This document shows positions 39,326 to 53,215 of a stretch of DNA of 64,000 bases, piece by piece (positions within the stretch are counted from its first letter, which is position 1; each line of letters opens with the position of its first letter). A model generated the notes under the pieces. That model saw only the letters and a program-made list of their open reading frames with translations. It did not search any database and was not told where the DNA came from. A program made the translations under genes and the position numbers. The stretch lies in assembly GCA_038087875.1 (NCBI GenBank), contig CM075994.1:124001-188000 (forward strand). Direction: 5' to 3'. The DNA is from Malacoraja senta. Its lineage: Eukaryota.

Positions 39326-41329
39326 ACATCTGAGATAGATGAACACACACACATAGATGTTCAGTGTTTACCTTAGCTACCACACAGTACTAATAGTAAA
39401 GAAAGTGTATAGTATGCTTCCCCATTGGTTGGGGCATTGAGTATAAGAGTCATGAAGTCAGCTTGCAGCTTTATAAAACCATTGTTAGGCCACATTTGGA
39501 GTATTGCATGTAGTTCTAGTCACACCTTGTACAGGAAGACGAGATTGGACAAACTTGGATTATTTTCTATGGTACATCAGAGGTTGATGAGAGACCTGAT
39601 TGAAGTATCTAAAATAGTGAGAGGCATTGATAGGTTAGACAATCAGAACCCTTTTCCCCCAGGTGGAAATGTCAAAGACTAGAGGACATAGCTTTAAGGT
39701 GAGGGGGGGACAAAGTTTAAAAGAGATGTGTGGGGCATGGTTTTTGACAACAACCTATCCCTCAGAGTCAACAAGACAAAAGAGCTAGTTATTGACTTCA
39801 GGAAGTACATGCCCAATCAGCTACAAGACAATCAATTAATTTAAACAGTATCACACCTGAGATATGTAGGAAGGAACTGCAGATGCTGGTTTAAACCGAA
39901 GATTGACACAAAATGCTGGAGTAACTCAGCGAGTCAGACAGAATCTCTTGCGAAACGGAATAGGTGACATTTCGGGTCGAGACCCTTCTTCAGACTTCTG
40001 AAGACTCCAGAGTCGGAAGAAGGGTTTCAACCCGAAACGTCACCTATTCCTGAGTACATGCCCAATCAGCATCAATGGTGCTGAAGTGGAAATGGTTGAA
40101 ACTTCATCTTCCTAGGTGTAAAGGGCAGCAGGATGGCACAGTGGTAGATTTGCTGCTTTACAGTGCCAGAGACCCGGGTACGATCCTGACTATGGATGCT
40201 GTCTGTACGGCGCATGTACATTCTCCCCATGGGTTTTCTCCAAGAACTTCAGTTTCCCCTCACACTCCAAAGACTTACAGGTTTGTAGGTTAATTGGCTT
40301 GATATAAATGTAAATTGTCTCTAGTTTGTGTCGGAAAGTGTTAATGCGAGGGGATCGCTGGTTGGCGTGGACTCGGTGGGCCGAAGGGCCTGTTTCCGTG
40401 CTGTATCTCTAAACTAAACTAAAACTAAATATCTCCACCAATTTTTCCTGGACTAACCAACCACATTGAAGATTGTAGATTTTGATTAAAATGAAAATGA
40501 AAGTTGAAGATGGAAGAACAAAGTAGCACATCATCACCTCCACTTCTTCAAGAGACAAAGGACACGTTCAGTCTATCTCCAATAACTCTTATCAATGTCT
40601 ACAGATGCACAGTATAAAGCATACTATCAGGTACAAATTAGTCATCGGCAGCTGAGGGAATACCTGATAGAAGTTTGTAAAATTGTGAAAGGCATACAGT
40701 GCCCTCCATAATGTTTGAGACAAAGTCACATTATTTATTTATTTGCCTCTGTACTTCACAATTTGAGATTTGTAATAGAAAAATCACATGTGGTTAAAGT
40801 GCATATTGTCAGATTTTAATAAAGGCCATTTTTATACATATTGGTTTCAACATGTAGAAATTACAGCAGTGTTTATACATATTTCATTGTATAAATCAGT
40901 GGTTAAAGTGCATATTGTCAGATTTTAAGGGCACCATAATGTTTGATACACAGCAATGCAGGGCCCTCACTTAACTTTTTTTCCCTGTTGCCAGTCGGGC
41001 AACCTCGGCAGGTTTTTAGGTTGCCAAATGACAGTTTAGGTGGTAATTTAAGACGGCTTGCATGATGCGTGAAATAATGTGCTCGGACGAAGTGCGTAGT
41101 TACCAGTCGGAATTATGGTCAATGAAGCAATCACATATTATTTCTGCTTCAAATAAATTCACAAACTAAACATATTCACCAATCAAGACATGATCTATAC
41201 CACAATGACATGCAGTAAAATTAAAATACAGTATCTCATCTCTTTTTACACGTGCAATTAATGCAATGCTATTATTTCTTTCCACTTCCAAACAAAAATC
41301 TGGTTGGATTATTCAGCGTTTGATCAACC

Positions 41330-41765
41330 TTGGTGAGACCAAGTGCAGGCTTGGCGATCGCTTCGCATAACACCTCCATTCAGTTCGCCATAACCAACCT
41401 GATCTCCCGGTGGCTCAGCACTTCAACTCCCCATCCCATTCCGAATCCGACCTTTCTGTCCTGGGCCTCTTCCATGGCCAGAGTGAGGCCCACCATAAAT
41501 TGGAGAAGCAGCACCTCATATTTTGCTTGGGTAGTTTACACCCCAGCGGTATTAACCTCCAATTTCAAGTAGTCCCTGCTTTCTCCTCCACATCCCAGCT
41601 CTCCCTCAGCCCTCTGCCTCCGCCTCTTCCTTTCTTCTTCCCGCTCGCCCCCCCCCACCTCACATCAGTCTGAAGAAGGGTCTCGACCCGAAACATCGCC
41701 TATTCTCTTTGCTCCATAGATGCTGCCTCACCCGCTGAGTTTCTCCAGCATTTTTGTCTACCCAT
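41330..41765 (+). mobile_element. Penelope-like fragment with a hammerhead motif at 41670-41697
   Basis: GETK.RLGDRF / VAQHFNS..HS GIY-YIG region followed by a pLTR. Confidence 0.85.
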
Positions 41766-42478
41766 TCACACAAGTTCTGTTATCCCACTTTCCTCACCCA
41801 CTCCCGACACATTCGGGGCAATTTTACAGAGACAAGTTAACCTACAAAGCCAATGCGTCTTTGGGATGTGGGAGGAAACCCACACGCTTGCAGGGAGAAT
41901 GTGCAAATTCAACACAGACAGTGCCTGAGGACAGGATCGAACACAGATCTCTGGCGTGTGAGGCAGCAAGTCCACCAGCTGTGCCACTATATTTTATTTT
42001 CCAACACACACAAAATTATACGTTGATATCTTTGGTTACAAAAAAAAAGAAACTATCCATTTTCAGTCTTAAATATCTAAGTGACGCTATGTCCCCCCTT
42101 TACAGCTACTATATGTTTTAATTCAGTTCAAGACTATGGGGCAGTACATTGGCCATAAAGTTGCTGCCTGAAATTGCCAGAGACTCAGAATTGATCCTGA
42201 ATATCGGTGCTGTCCGTATGGAGTTTGCTCCTTTTCCCTTTGATCGCATGGGTTTTCTCCGGGTGCTCTTGTTTCCTTCCACATTACAAAGGTGTGCAGG
42301 AACCTTTTTCAGACCCAACCCAAAACGTAATATTTTCTTTTTGTCCAGAGATTCTGTCCGACCTGTTGATTTACTCCAGCTTTTTGTGTCAATCTTCAGT
42401 TTAAACCAGCATCTGCAGTTCCTTCCTACATACACAATACTATTCGATAGAACTTTATTAATCCCAGGAGGGAAATTG

Positions 42479-42509
<31 letters not shown>

Positions 42510-42511
42510 CC

Positions 42512-42645
<134 letters not shown>

Positions 42646-44784
42646 TATATAGTTACATATTCATATATAAGTACTATGTTTACATATTCTGTTGTGCTGC
42701 TGATAGTAAGGATTCCGTTGTTCTAACTGGGACACGAGAGAATAAAACTCTTGACTTATGTCGGTAATGTGTGGGATAGAACTAGTGTACGGGTGGTCGG
42801 CGCGGACTCGGTGGGCCCAAGGGCCTGTTTCCACGCTATATCTTTAAATTAAACTAAAAACACTAACACCAGAGGAAATCTAAAGAAAGGTCTCTACCCG
42901 AAACGTCACCCAATTTCTTCTATCCAGAGTTGCTGGCTGCTCCATGGAGTTCCCCCGCACAATTAAAGCATGGAATAGTCTTCACCCTACTATAGTCACC
43001 CAACCAGACGCAACTAAATTTAAGGTCGCTCTTGTTTCCCCCAAGAACCCTTTTTTGCTTTAGTCCAAGTCAAGAGTCAAGAGAGTTTTGTTGTCATGTA
43101 TCCCAGATAGGACAATGAAATTCTTGCTTGCTGCAGCACAACAGAATATGTAAACATAATACAGAACAGGAGATAAAAGTCCAGTGTGTTTATATACCAT
43201 AGACCATATATATACACAATAAATAAACAGATAAAGTGCAATAGGCTGTTATTTTTCAGTGTTTGGAGTTTGGTGGTGGTGGGTCCATGACAGTTTAAAT
43301 TCCATTTGGAATATTTTTGGATAACCAGGAAACCAAGAAGCAAGAGTTACTCCAGGGAGTTACTCCAGCTCCAGGGAGTGATTCTGCGTTGGTTTTCAGC
43401 GGTCGCGGCGAGGCGGCAACCGGACAGCAATGGTGGCCAGATCTCCCACAATGCAAAGGGAGGGAGAAAGTGCCCAACGCCGACCAGTTGCCGTGGCAGT
43501 GCGCATGTGCAGGGGCGGCACATGCGCACAACCACGGTCGATGATGTGCTGGCCGTGGTTGTGCGCATGTGCAGGGGAGGATGTGCAGGCCGTGGCAGTG
43601 CGCATGTGCAAGGCGGCCGGCCGTGCCGGCGGATGAGAAGCGAGCGGAGAGCGGACACCCGGACAGGGATACGGATGGCGTGCAGAGACGGAGAGTGACA
43701 GACAAGAGAGATAGAGAGGGGGACCCGCTCAGAATTAAACGATAGGTGTCCTGGGTGCTTGCCAAGCCGGGCAATATTACACGAGTTTTATGTTGCCCGG
43801 CAGGATGTTAGGTCGCCATTGGCACCCGGGCAACCGCTAACTTCGAGCCCTGCAATGCCATGAAAATGAAAGTAGTCATGTTCAGTATTTTGTTGCATAC
43901 CCTTTGCCTGCAATGACTGCTTGAAGTCTGCGATTCATGGACATCACCAGTTGCTGGGTCTCTTCTCTGCTGATGCTCTGTCGGGCCTGTATTGCAGCCA
44001 TCTTCAGCTTATGCTTGTTTTGGGGGCTTGTCCCCTTCAGCATATAACAGGCATGCTCAATTGGGTTCAGATCGAGTGATTGACTTGGCCACTCAAGAAT
44101 TGACCATATTTAAGCTTTGAAGAACTCCTTTGATGCCTTAACAGTATTTTTCTTTAATAGAGAAAATTCTTCTGTCATCAGCTGTGGAGTCTTCCTTGGC
44201 CTGCCAGCCCTTTGTGATTAGTAAGCTCACCAGTGCTCGCTTTCTCTTATGATGTTCCAAACTGTGGATTTTGGGAAGCCTAAGGTTTGGCTGATGTCTC
44301 TGACAGTTTTATTCTTGTTTCTCAGTCTCATAATGGCTTCTTTGACTTTCATTGGCACAACTCTGGTCCTCATGTTGATAAACAGCATAAAAGTTTCCAA
44401 AGGTGATGGAAAGACTAGAGGAAAGACTAGGTGCTGAGAGCTCTCTTACACCTGCATTAAGGAGGCATTTGAACACACCTGAGCTATTACAAACACCTGT
44501 GAAACCATGTGTCCCAAACATTATGCTGCCCTGAAATGGGGGGACTATGTATAAACACAGCTGTAATTTCTACATGGTGAAAGCAAAATGTATTAAAAAA
44601 CATTTAAATAAAATCTGATAATGTGCACTTTAACCACATGTGATTTTTTTCTATTACAAATCTCAAATTGTAGAGTACAGAGGCAAATAATAAATGATGG
44701 GTCTTTGTCCCACACATTATGGAGGACACTGTAAGTAGACAGACAGAACCTTTATTCCTAGGGTGCAAATGTCAAAGACGAGTA

Positions 44785-45385
44785 AACATGACTGGTCCAG
44801 GAACGCTGAGGCCCTGTACAAGAATGGACAGAGCCGGCTGTACTTTTTGAGAAGTCTCTGCTCCTTCAACGTCTGCACTAACATGCTGCGGATGTTATAC
44901 AAATTGGTGGTGGCCAGTGCCATCTTCTTTGCTGCCATATGCTGGGCCAGCAGGGCAAGGCCACGGACGCCAACAGGTTTAACAAGCTCATCAGGAAGGC
45001 TGGCTCCATCCTGGGCATGGAGGTGGATTCATGGATGAGGTCTTGGAGGGAAGGATGCTCCTCAAACTGTGAAGCATCTTGGACAATACAGCTCATCCTC
45101 TCCATGACACACTGGGCAACCTGAGGAGCACCTTCAGCAACAGACAGGTTCACCAAGATACAGTACAGAATGCCACAGGAGATCCTTCTTTCCTGTGGCT
45201 ATCAAACTGTACAACTCTTCCCCCTTCTGTCGTGAGCTAGACTGACTCTCCCTCCACCCCCAATCTTTCCACATCCCCAATCCTTTCCACTTCACCTTAA
45301 TTTCATGTTTCATGTATCTTGTGTTTTATGACTGTTGGCAGATCAATTTCCCTCCTGGGATAAATAAAGATCTATCGTATCGTAT
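44785..45385 (+). mobile_element. Rex1/Babar LINE 3' fragment; a related copy at 59645-60140(-)
   Basis: GQSRLYFLR.L.SFNVC..ML...Y..VVASAIFFA. Confidence 0.85.
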
Positions 45386-45622
45386 CGCAGAGGACTGAGT
45401 GTGAAGGGCAGATGGGGAAAGTTTCACGAAGAAAGGATTAGTTTAATTTGGGATCATGTTTGACACAGACATCAGGCCCTAACATCAAGGACCTGTTCCT
45501 ATGCTCTACTGTTCAATTTAGAATTATATTTCTGCAAATGCATTTTCTTTTTTCCCAACTTGAACAGTCTTGAGCCAGATTGCAGTCACCGCCTGCTTAC
45601 AGAGACTCAGAAGTAATTTTAC

Positions 45623-45683
45623 CTGAAACTCTGTTGCTGAGAAGTTGCAGAAGGCAGAGGATAGAACAGCCGAAGGTCATCAT
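45623..45683 (-). CDS. Ig-superfamily receptor (CD2/SLAM/CEACAM-like), exon 1: signal peptide MMTFGCSILCLLQLLSNRVS
   Basis: ATG at 45683, 20 codons of leader-like hydrophobic sequence, then a phase-1 donor (TCAG|GTAAA) matching the phase of the V exon. Confidence 0.75.
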
Positions 45684-45811
45684 TATGTAGAGGAGCTGGT
45701 GCTGTCAGCTTATTCAAATAACGGAATTGGTCACGAAGGTAGCCTGGTAACTTCATCTGAGAACTGAGAGAAGGAAAAGGAGCAATATATCATACATAGC
45801 ACACATTATAA

Positions 45812-45817
45812 TTTATA
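45812..45817 (-). promoter_or_regulatory. Possible TATA box (TATAAA) of the Ig receptor gene
   Basis: TATAAA on the minus strand about 130 nt upstream of the leader ATG, in non-repeat sequence. Confidence 0.3.
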
Positions 45818-46544
45818 TTTAGTTGAGAGGAACTCAGAGGGTCGGGCATATGTGGAGGGAGTGGGGAGATGGTGTTTTGGGTGGGACTGTTTTATTGATG
45901 AGGGCAGTGTTGCTGATATGATTTACATGGGCTTCTGCGAGGCCTTCAACAAGGACCCACACACGGAAGACTGGTTGAAAAGATTAGAGCCCATAAGATA
46001 CGGCAAGTCGTCATTTTCAATCAAAATACTAGTGCGGTGAAGGAGACAAAGGATAAAGGTGGAGATGCAAGAACTACATCTCCATCTGCATCAACTGCAT
46101 CTGAACAAAACCATGCTGACTATCCCTAATCAGCCCTTGTCCATCTAAATGCATGTATATCCTATCCCTCAGAATACTCTCCAGTAACTTTCCAACTACA
46201 GATGTTAAGCTCACTGGCCTACAGTTCCCAGCCTTTTTCCTGCAGCTCTTCCTGAATAGGCACAACATTTGCCACTCTCCAGTGTTCGAGCACCTCTCCT
46301 GTATTTAATGCCGACATGTCAATTTCAGCCCGGGCTCCTGCACTTTTCACTCCAGCTTCCCTCAGTGTTCTTGGATATATCGGATCAGGCCCTGGAGATT
46401 TGTCCACCTTCATACACGTCAGGACCCTCAGCTCCTCTTCCTCTGTAACACTGACTTTTCTCAAGACATTTCCAGTGACTTCTTCAAGCCTCCTGTCTTT
46501 GTCCATGGTAAAAACAGAGAGAAATACTCATTGAGGACCTTGTC

Positions 46545-49213
46545 CATCTCTCTCCCCCCTTCTCCCCTCCCTCTCCCTCTCCCCTCTTTCCCCCCTCTCC
46601 CCTCTTTCCCCCCCCTCCCCTCCTTCCCCCCCCCTCCTTCCCTCCCCCCCCCTCCTCTTTCCCTCCCCCCCTCCTCTTTCCCTCCCCCCCCTCCTCTTTC
46701 CCTCCCCCCCCTCCTCTTTCCCTCCCCCCCCTCCTCTTTCCCTCCCCCCCCTCCTCTTTCCCTCCCCCCCCTCCTCTTTCCCTCCCCCCCCTCCTCTTTC
46801 CCTACCCCCCCCTCCTCTTTCCCTCCCCCCCCTCCTCTTTCCCTCCCCCCCCTCCTCTTTCCCTCCCCCCCCTCCTCTTTCCTCCCCCCCCTCCTCTTTC
46901 CCTCCCCCCCCTCCTCTTTCCCTCCCCCCCCTCCTCTTTCCCTCCCCCCCTCCTCTTTCCCTCCCCCCCTCCTCTTTCCCTCCCCCCCTCCTCTTTCCCT
47001 CCCCCCCCTCCTCTTTCCCTCCCCCCCCTCCTCTTTCCCTCCCCCCCCTCCTCTTTCCCTCCCCCCCTCCTCTTTCCCTCCCCCCCCTCCTCTTTCCCTC
47101 CCCCACCCTCCTCTTTCCCCCCCCCCCGCCTCCTCTTTCCCCCCCCCCCCCTCCTCTTTCCCCCCCCCCCTCCTCTTTCCCCCCCCCCCTCCTCTTTCCC
47201 CCCCCCCCCTCCTCTTTCCCCCCCCCCTCCTCTTTCCCCCCCCCCTCCTCTTTCCCCCCCCTCCTCCTCTTCCCCCCCCTCCTCCTCTTTCCCCCCCCTC
47301 CTCCTCTTTCCCCCCCCTCCTCCTCTTTCCCCCCCCCTCCTCCTCTTTCCCCCCCCCTCCTCCTCTTTCCCCCCCCCTCCTCCTCTTTCCCCCCCCTCCT
47401 CCTCTTTCCCCCCCCTCCTCCTCTTTCCCCCCCCCTCCTCCTCTTCCCCCCCCCTCCTCCTCTTTCCCCCCCCCTCCTCCTCTTTCCCCCCCCCCTCCTC
47501 CTCTTTCCCCCCCCCTCCTCCTCTCTTCCCCCCCCCTCCTCCTCTTTCCCCCCCCCTCCTCCTCTTTCCCCCCCCTCCTCCTCTTTCCCCCCCCCTCCTC
47601 CTCTTTCCCCCCCCCTCCTCCTCTTTCCCCCCCCCTCCTCCTCTTTCCCCCCCCTCCTCCTCTTTCCCCCCCCCTCCTCCTCTTTCCCCCCCCCTCCTCC
47701 TCTTTCCCCCCCCCTCCTCCTCTTTCCCCCCCCCTCCTCCTCTTTCCCCCCCCCCTCCTCTTTCCCCCCCCCTCCTCCTCTTCCCCCCCCTCCTCCTCTT
47801 TCCCCCCCCCTCCTCCTCTTTCCCCCCCCTCCTCCTCTTTCCCCCCCCCTCCTCCTCTTTCCCCCCCCCCTCCTCCTCTTCCCCCCCCCTCCTCCTCTTT
47901 CCCCCCCCCTCCTCCTCTTTCCCCCCCCCCTCCTCCTCTTTTCCCCCCCCCTCCTCCTCTTTCCCCCCCCCTCCTCCTCTTTCCCCCCCCCTCCTCCTCT
48001 TTCCCCCCCCCCTCCTCCTCTTTCCCCCCCCCTCCTCCTCTTTCCCCCCCCTCCTCCTCTTTCCCCCCCCCCTCCTCCTCTTCCCCCCCCCTCCTCCTCT
48101 TTCCCCCCCCCTCCTCCTCTTTCCCCCCCCCTCCTCCTCTTTCCCCCCCCCTCCTCCTCTTTCCCCCCCCCTCCTCCTCTTTCCCCCCCCCTCCTCCTCT
48201 TTTCCCCCCCCCTCCTCCTCTTTTCCCCCCCCCTCCTCCTCTCTTTCCCCCCCCTCCTCCTCTTTCCCCCCCTCTTTTCCCCCCCCTCTTTTCCCCCCCT
48301 CTTTCCCCCCCCTCTTTCCCCCCCTCTTTCCCCCCCCTCTTTCCCCCCCTCTTTCCCCCCCCCTCTTTCCCCCCCCTCTTCCCCCCCCCTCTTCCCCCCC
48401 CTCTTCCCCCCCCTCTTCCCCCCCCTCTTCCCCCCCCTCTTCCCCCCCCTCTTCCCCCCCCTCTTCCCCCCCCTCTTCCCCCCCCTCTTCCCCCCCCTCT
48501 TCCCCCCCCTCTTCCCCCCCTCTTCCCCCCCCTCTTCCCCCCCCTCTTCCCCCCTCTTCCCCCCCCTCTTCCCCCCCCTCTTCCCCCCCCTCTTCCCCCC
48601 CCTCTTCCCCCCCCTCTTCCCCCCCCTCTTCCCCCCCCTCTTCCCCCCCCTCTTCCCCCCCCTCTTCCCCCCCCTCTTCCCCCCCCTCTTCCCCCCCCTC
48701 TTCCCCCCCCTCTTCCCCCCCCTCTTCCCCCCCCTCTTCCCCCCCTCTTCCCCCCCCCTCTTCCCCCCCCCTCCTCTTCCCCCCCCTCCTCTTCCCCCCC
48801 CTCCTCTTCCCCCCCCTCCTCTTCCCCCCCCTCCTCTTCCCCCCCCCTCCTCTTCCCCCCCCTCCTCTTCCCCCCCCATCCTCTTCCCCCCCCTCCTCTT
48901 CCCCCCCCTCCTCTTCCCCCCCCTCCTCTTCCCCCCCCCTCCTCTTCCCCCCCCTCCTCTCCCCCCCTCCTCTTCCCCCCCCCTCCTCTTCCCCCCCTCC
49001 TCTTCCCCCCCCTCCTCTTCCCCCCCCTCCTCTTCCCCCCCCTCCTCTTCCCCCCCCTCCTCTTCCCCCCCCTCCTCTCCCCCCCTCTCTTCCCCCCCTC
49101 CTCTTCCCCCCCCCTCTTCCCCCCTCCTCTTCCCCCCCCCTCCTCTTCCCCCCCTCTCTACCCCCCCCTCCTCTTTCCCCCCCCCTCTGCCCCTCTCCCC
49201 CCCCCTCCCTTTT
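46545..49213 (+). repeat. 2.7-kb homopyrimidine (C/T) minisatellite with successive unit types, lying between CR1 minus-strand pieces (46100-46545 and 49240-49530)
   Basis: Almost no purines on the plus strand; units of about 20, 21, 12 and 15 bp. Confidence 0.95.
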
Positions 49214-49569
49214 TCTTATTATGTACTTATTAAATCTCTAGCGATTATCAGCTGCCTATTAGTGGCCAAGCCTCCTTACTCTTGACCAGAGCCTCAATTT
49301 CCCTAGTCAGCCAAACTTCCTTCCGCTCACCTGCCTTGCCCTTAACTCAACAGGAATGTGCATGTCCTGGACTCCTGTCAGCACACTTATAAAAACATCC
49401 TACTTCCTGACATTCCTTTTCCTTCAAACAACCTACTCCAATCAACGATAGGGTCCCTCTCTCAGACCCTCAAAGTTGGCCTTACCACAATTCAGCATTT
49501 AACTTGTGGGCCCTCTCTGTCCCTATCCATAACTATCTTGCCCTCTCCTGTGTGGGGCCCTCCCATATT

Positions 49570-51040
49570 GCCTTCGAGCCTGCACCGCCATTCAATATGA
49601 TCATGGCTGATCATCCAACTCAGTATCCCGTACCTGCCTTCTCTCCATACCCCCTGATCCCTTTAGCCACAAGGGACACATCTAACTCCCTCTTAAATAT
49701 AGCCAATGAACTATAATAATAATAATATAATAATAATAATAATCATTTTATTTACTGGCGCCTTTCTAAAACCCAAGGACACCTTACAACGCATAGAATC
49801 ACAACAAAAAAAATACAAAACACATAATCGGAATAATTAAATATAAAAACACCACAGTACACAAATCAAGGACAGAATTCAATTTCAAGAGCACCAAAAG
49901 AAAATAAGAAACACAATTTGAGGAGAGAGCAGCAGCGACCAATTCGCGCCAGCGTCCACTCTCCCCTCCGACCGCCATCTTGTACACAGACTAACAGGCA
50001 CAGCACACAGAAATCATCCCCCCACAATGACCACCACTGTGGGGGAAGGCACAATGTCCAGTCCCCAAACCCAGTTCTCCCCAGAGTCAGGCACATCGGG
50101 GCCACCACAGTTGCCTCTACGGAGGCCCAATGTTCCTGGCCGTCGGGAGAGTCCTCGCAGCGGCTGGAACGGCTGGTTTCCAGCGGAGTCGATGTCACCT
50201 GAAGCCGACAAGGCCGCGCCGATTTGGAGCCACGAGGCTCCCGATGTTGGAGTCGGCGCCGCCGCCCGCGGCTGGTCGCTCCGCAGTCCCACAGCCCGGA
50301 GGTGTTGATGTCGGCGGTCAGCGCATTCTGGAGCTCCAGCGCGTCGATCCAGCGCGGCGACCCAGGAAAGGCATCGCCCGCTACGCTCTCCGATAGCGCT
50401 CCAGCGCTGTGCCGCCAACGAAGCTGAAGGTGCTGGGCGGCCCCCGTCAGGAAACGGCGCTCCATGCCCACTGGTAGGCCACGAGGACGGGTCGACGAGG
50501 CAGCCTGGAGAAAAAGCTGCCTCACCGACCAGGTAGGGACCTAGAAATAGTTTCCCCCTTACCCCCTACATTAAAAGTCAAAACCCCCAAACAAACAAAG
50601 AAATAAAAAACACAAAAACTAAAGAAAGAGTGAATTTGACGGACGGCTGCTGTTTAGCAGCCGTTCCTCCAGGATGGCGGCTCCTCCTGGCCTCAAGTAC
50701 CCTCTGTGGCAGAGAGTTCCATAGATTCACCACTCTCTGTGTGAAAATGTTTTTCCTCATCTCGGTCTTAAAGGATTTCCCCCTTATCCTTAAGCTGTGA
50801 CCCCTTGTCCTGGACTTCCCCAACATCGGGAACAATCTTCCTGCATCTAGCCTGTCCAACCCCATAAGAATTTTGTACGTTTCTATAAGATCCCCTCTCA
50901 ATCTCCTAAATTCTAGCGAGTATAAGCCAAGTCTATCCAGTCTTTCTTCATATGAAAGTCCTGACATCCCAGGAATCAGTCTGGTGAACCTTCTCTGCAC
51001 TCCCTCTATGGCTATAATGTCCTTCCTCAGATTTGGAATT
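49570..51040 (-). mobile_element. CR1 3' fragment split by a non-coding element at 49713-50688
   Basis: CR1 joins as gccaatgaact|ggcctcaa across the insertion. Confidence 0.85.
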
Positions 51041-51380
51041 ATATTAATATAATTTGAACTGCACTGACTGAAATAAATAAAGATAAAGAGACACAATAGA
51101 AACTGCAGATGCTTGATTGTTCCACAAAAAATAAAGTGCTGAGTAACTCAGCAGGTCAACCACCATCTATAGAGGAAATAGACTGGTAATGTTCAGGCCA
51201 GGACCCTTCTTCAGAATAAGATGTTTAAATAAAACACAATATTTTAATATTTAATACAGATTTAGAAGCCAGTCTACAGGAGACAAATCTTAAACATTTA
51301 CATCCGACGAGGGACTAACATTTTATCTCTGATTTGTTGTCAGCTTCTCCAAGCTAACAAGGATATCTATCTAGATAGAC

Positions 51381-51429
<49 letters not shown>

Positions 51430-52185
51430 GATAGATACATTTATTTGGCACAGTGAAATGTGTGATCACCATACAGCCATACAATAAAAATAAAGAACAC
51501 AACACTCGATAGAGTTCAACATAAAACATCCCCACACAGCAGAATCAAAGTTAGCCACTGTGAGGGAAGGCACCAAAGTCAGTCATCTTCCTTTAATGTT
51601 CCCCAATGTTCACCCGTGGTCGGGGCCTCCCTGAGCCACCGCAGTCGCCGCTACGGGCGGCCCGATGGTCAGGCCGCTCGCTGAGGTCATGTAAGTCCGA
51701 CATCGGGGCTGGGGGACCTCAGCGGCCTGGACTTCAGAGTCGGCCCCCTCCTACCAGAGTCCGCGGCTCCCAAAGTCCGCAGGCCGCGCTGGCCGGAGAT
51801 TCAACGCTGACGGACCTCGGTAAAGGGCCCCAGGACTCCGCGATGTTGTTCAGAACCGGCCGCGCTGGAAGCTCTCCCAAACCGCAGCTCCACGATGTTG
51901 GAGCAGCGGCCAACGCTCCGGAGCTCCAAACGGCGATCCAGGTCGGCATCGCCCGCTCCGCGGTGAATCCAGCGCTGCGTCGCTGCTGTTGCAGCTCTGG
52001 TCCGGTTCCCGGCCCCCGGCAGGAAAGGCCGCTCCGATCCAGGTGGGGGGCGAGGACGCGACTTAGAGAAATAGTCGCGTCCCCGCCAGGAAGCGACTGG
52101 GAAACAGTTTCCCCCTTACCCTATCCCCCTCCCCACATAGAAACGTTAAAGTTTCCCCCAAAAACAGACTTTAAACTAACTAAAA

Positions 52186-52385
52186 NNNNNNNNNNNNNNN
52201 NNNNNNNNNNNNNNNNNNNNNNNNNNNNNNNNNNNNNNNNNNNNNNNNNNNNNNNNNNNNNNNNNNNNNNNNNNNNNNNNNNNNNNNNNNNNNNNNNNNN
52301 NNNNNNNNNNNNNNNNNNNNNNNNNNNNNNNNNNNNNNNNNNNNNNNNNNNNNNNNNNNNNNNNNNNNNNNNNNNNNNNNNNNNN
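52186..52385. other. Assembly gap (200 N)
   Basis: Seen directly. Confidence 1.
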
Positions 52386-53215
52386 CAAATCATTAAATAT
52401 ATATATATATATTAAAATAGCTGGGGTCCCAGCACTAAGCCTTGTGGTACCCCACTAGTCACTGCCTGCCATTCTGAAAAGGACCCGTTTACTCCTACTC
52501 TTTGCTTCCTGTCTGCCAGCCAGTTCTCTATCCACATCAATACTGAACCTCCAATACCGTGTGCTTTAAGTTTGCACACTAATCTCTTTGGTCATCCTTT
52601 TGTAATGATAAACGCTCATCCATTCCTCATACAATACACAAAATAGATTGCAGTAAAAGCAGAACAGCCTTGAAATTTTACATTTTTAAAAAGCTCTCGG
52701 GTTTAATGAGTACTGCAGAATGATTGGAGTCGTTAATTACTTCATTCCTCTGAGTCAAAAACAATGTGTTCACTGTCACTGTTATGGCTTGTTAACTGCT
52801 GCTGTTAACATCGTATTAACACTGTTGTTTCGATGTGTCACCAACTAATACGTCGCTATGTATTCCTCAGAAAATATAATTGTGTTTTGATCTTCAAGGG
52901 TCATTAAGGGATCCGGCGGTCGAGCTGGTATACAGGTATCGCCCCTCATTCACCCACATTATTTAGTAATTTTTACCCATCATTTAGGGATGTTATATGA
53001 TTTTTTTTTAAGTAAGTATGTTTATATATATTTTTGTTGGTTTATCAAAAGTTTATTTATGTATGTTTTTGTTAGTTTGTGAAAAGTTTATGTGTTGATT
53101 TTTTCTCTCTCTCCCACTCTCTCCAACTCTCTCCTGTAAGGTTGGTTCTTCTGTTTGACTTTATTTGCTTCAGTTTTATTTAGTGTTATTTATCACGTTG
53201 TATCTTTTGAAAGAT

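Noticed and set aside
46528..49233. 783-aa Gly/Arg-rich and 900-aa Pro-rich ORFs
   Set aside because: Artefacts of a C/T-only satellite that cannot contain stop codons
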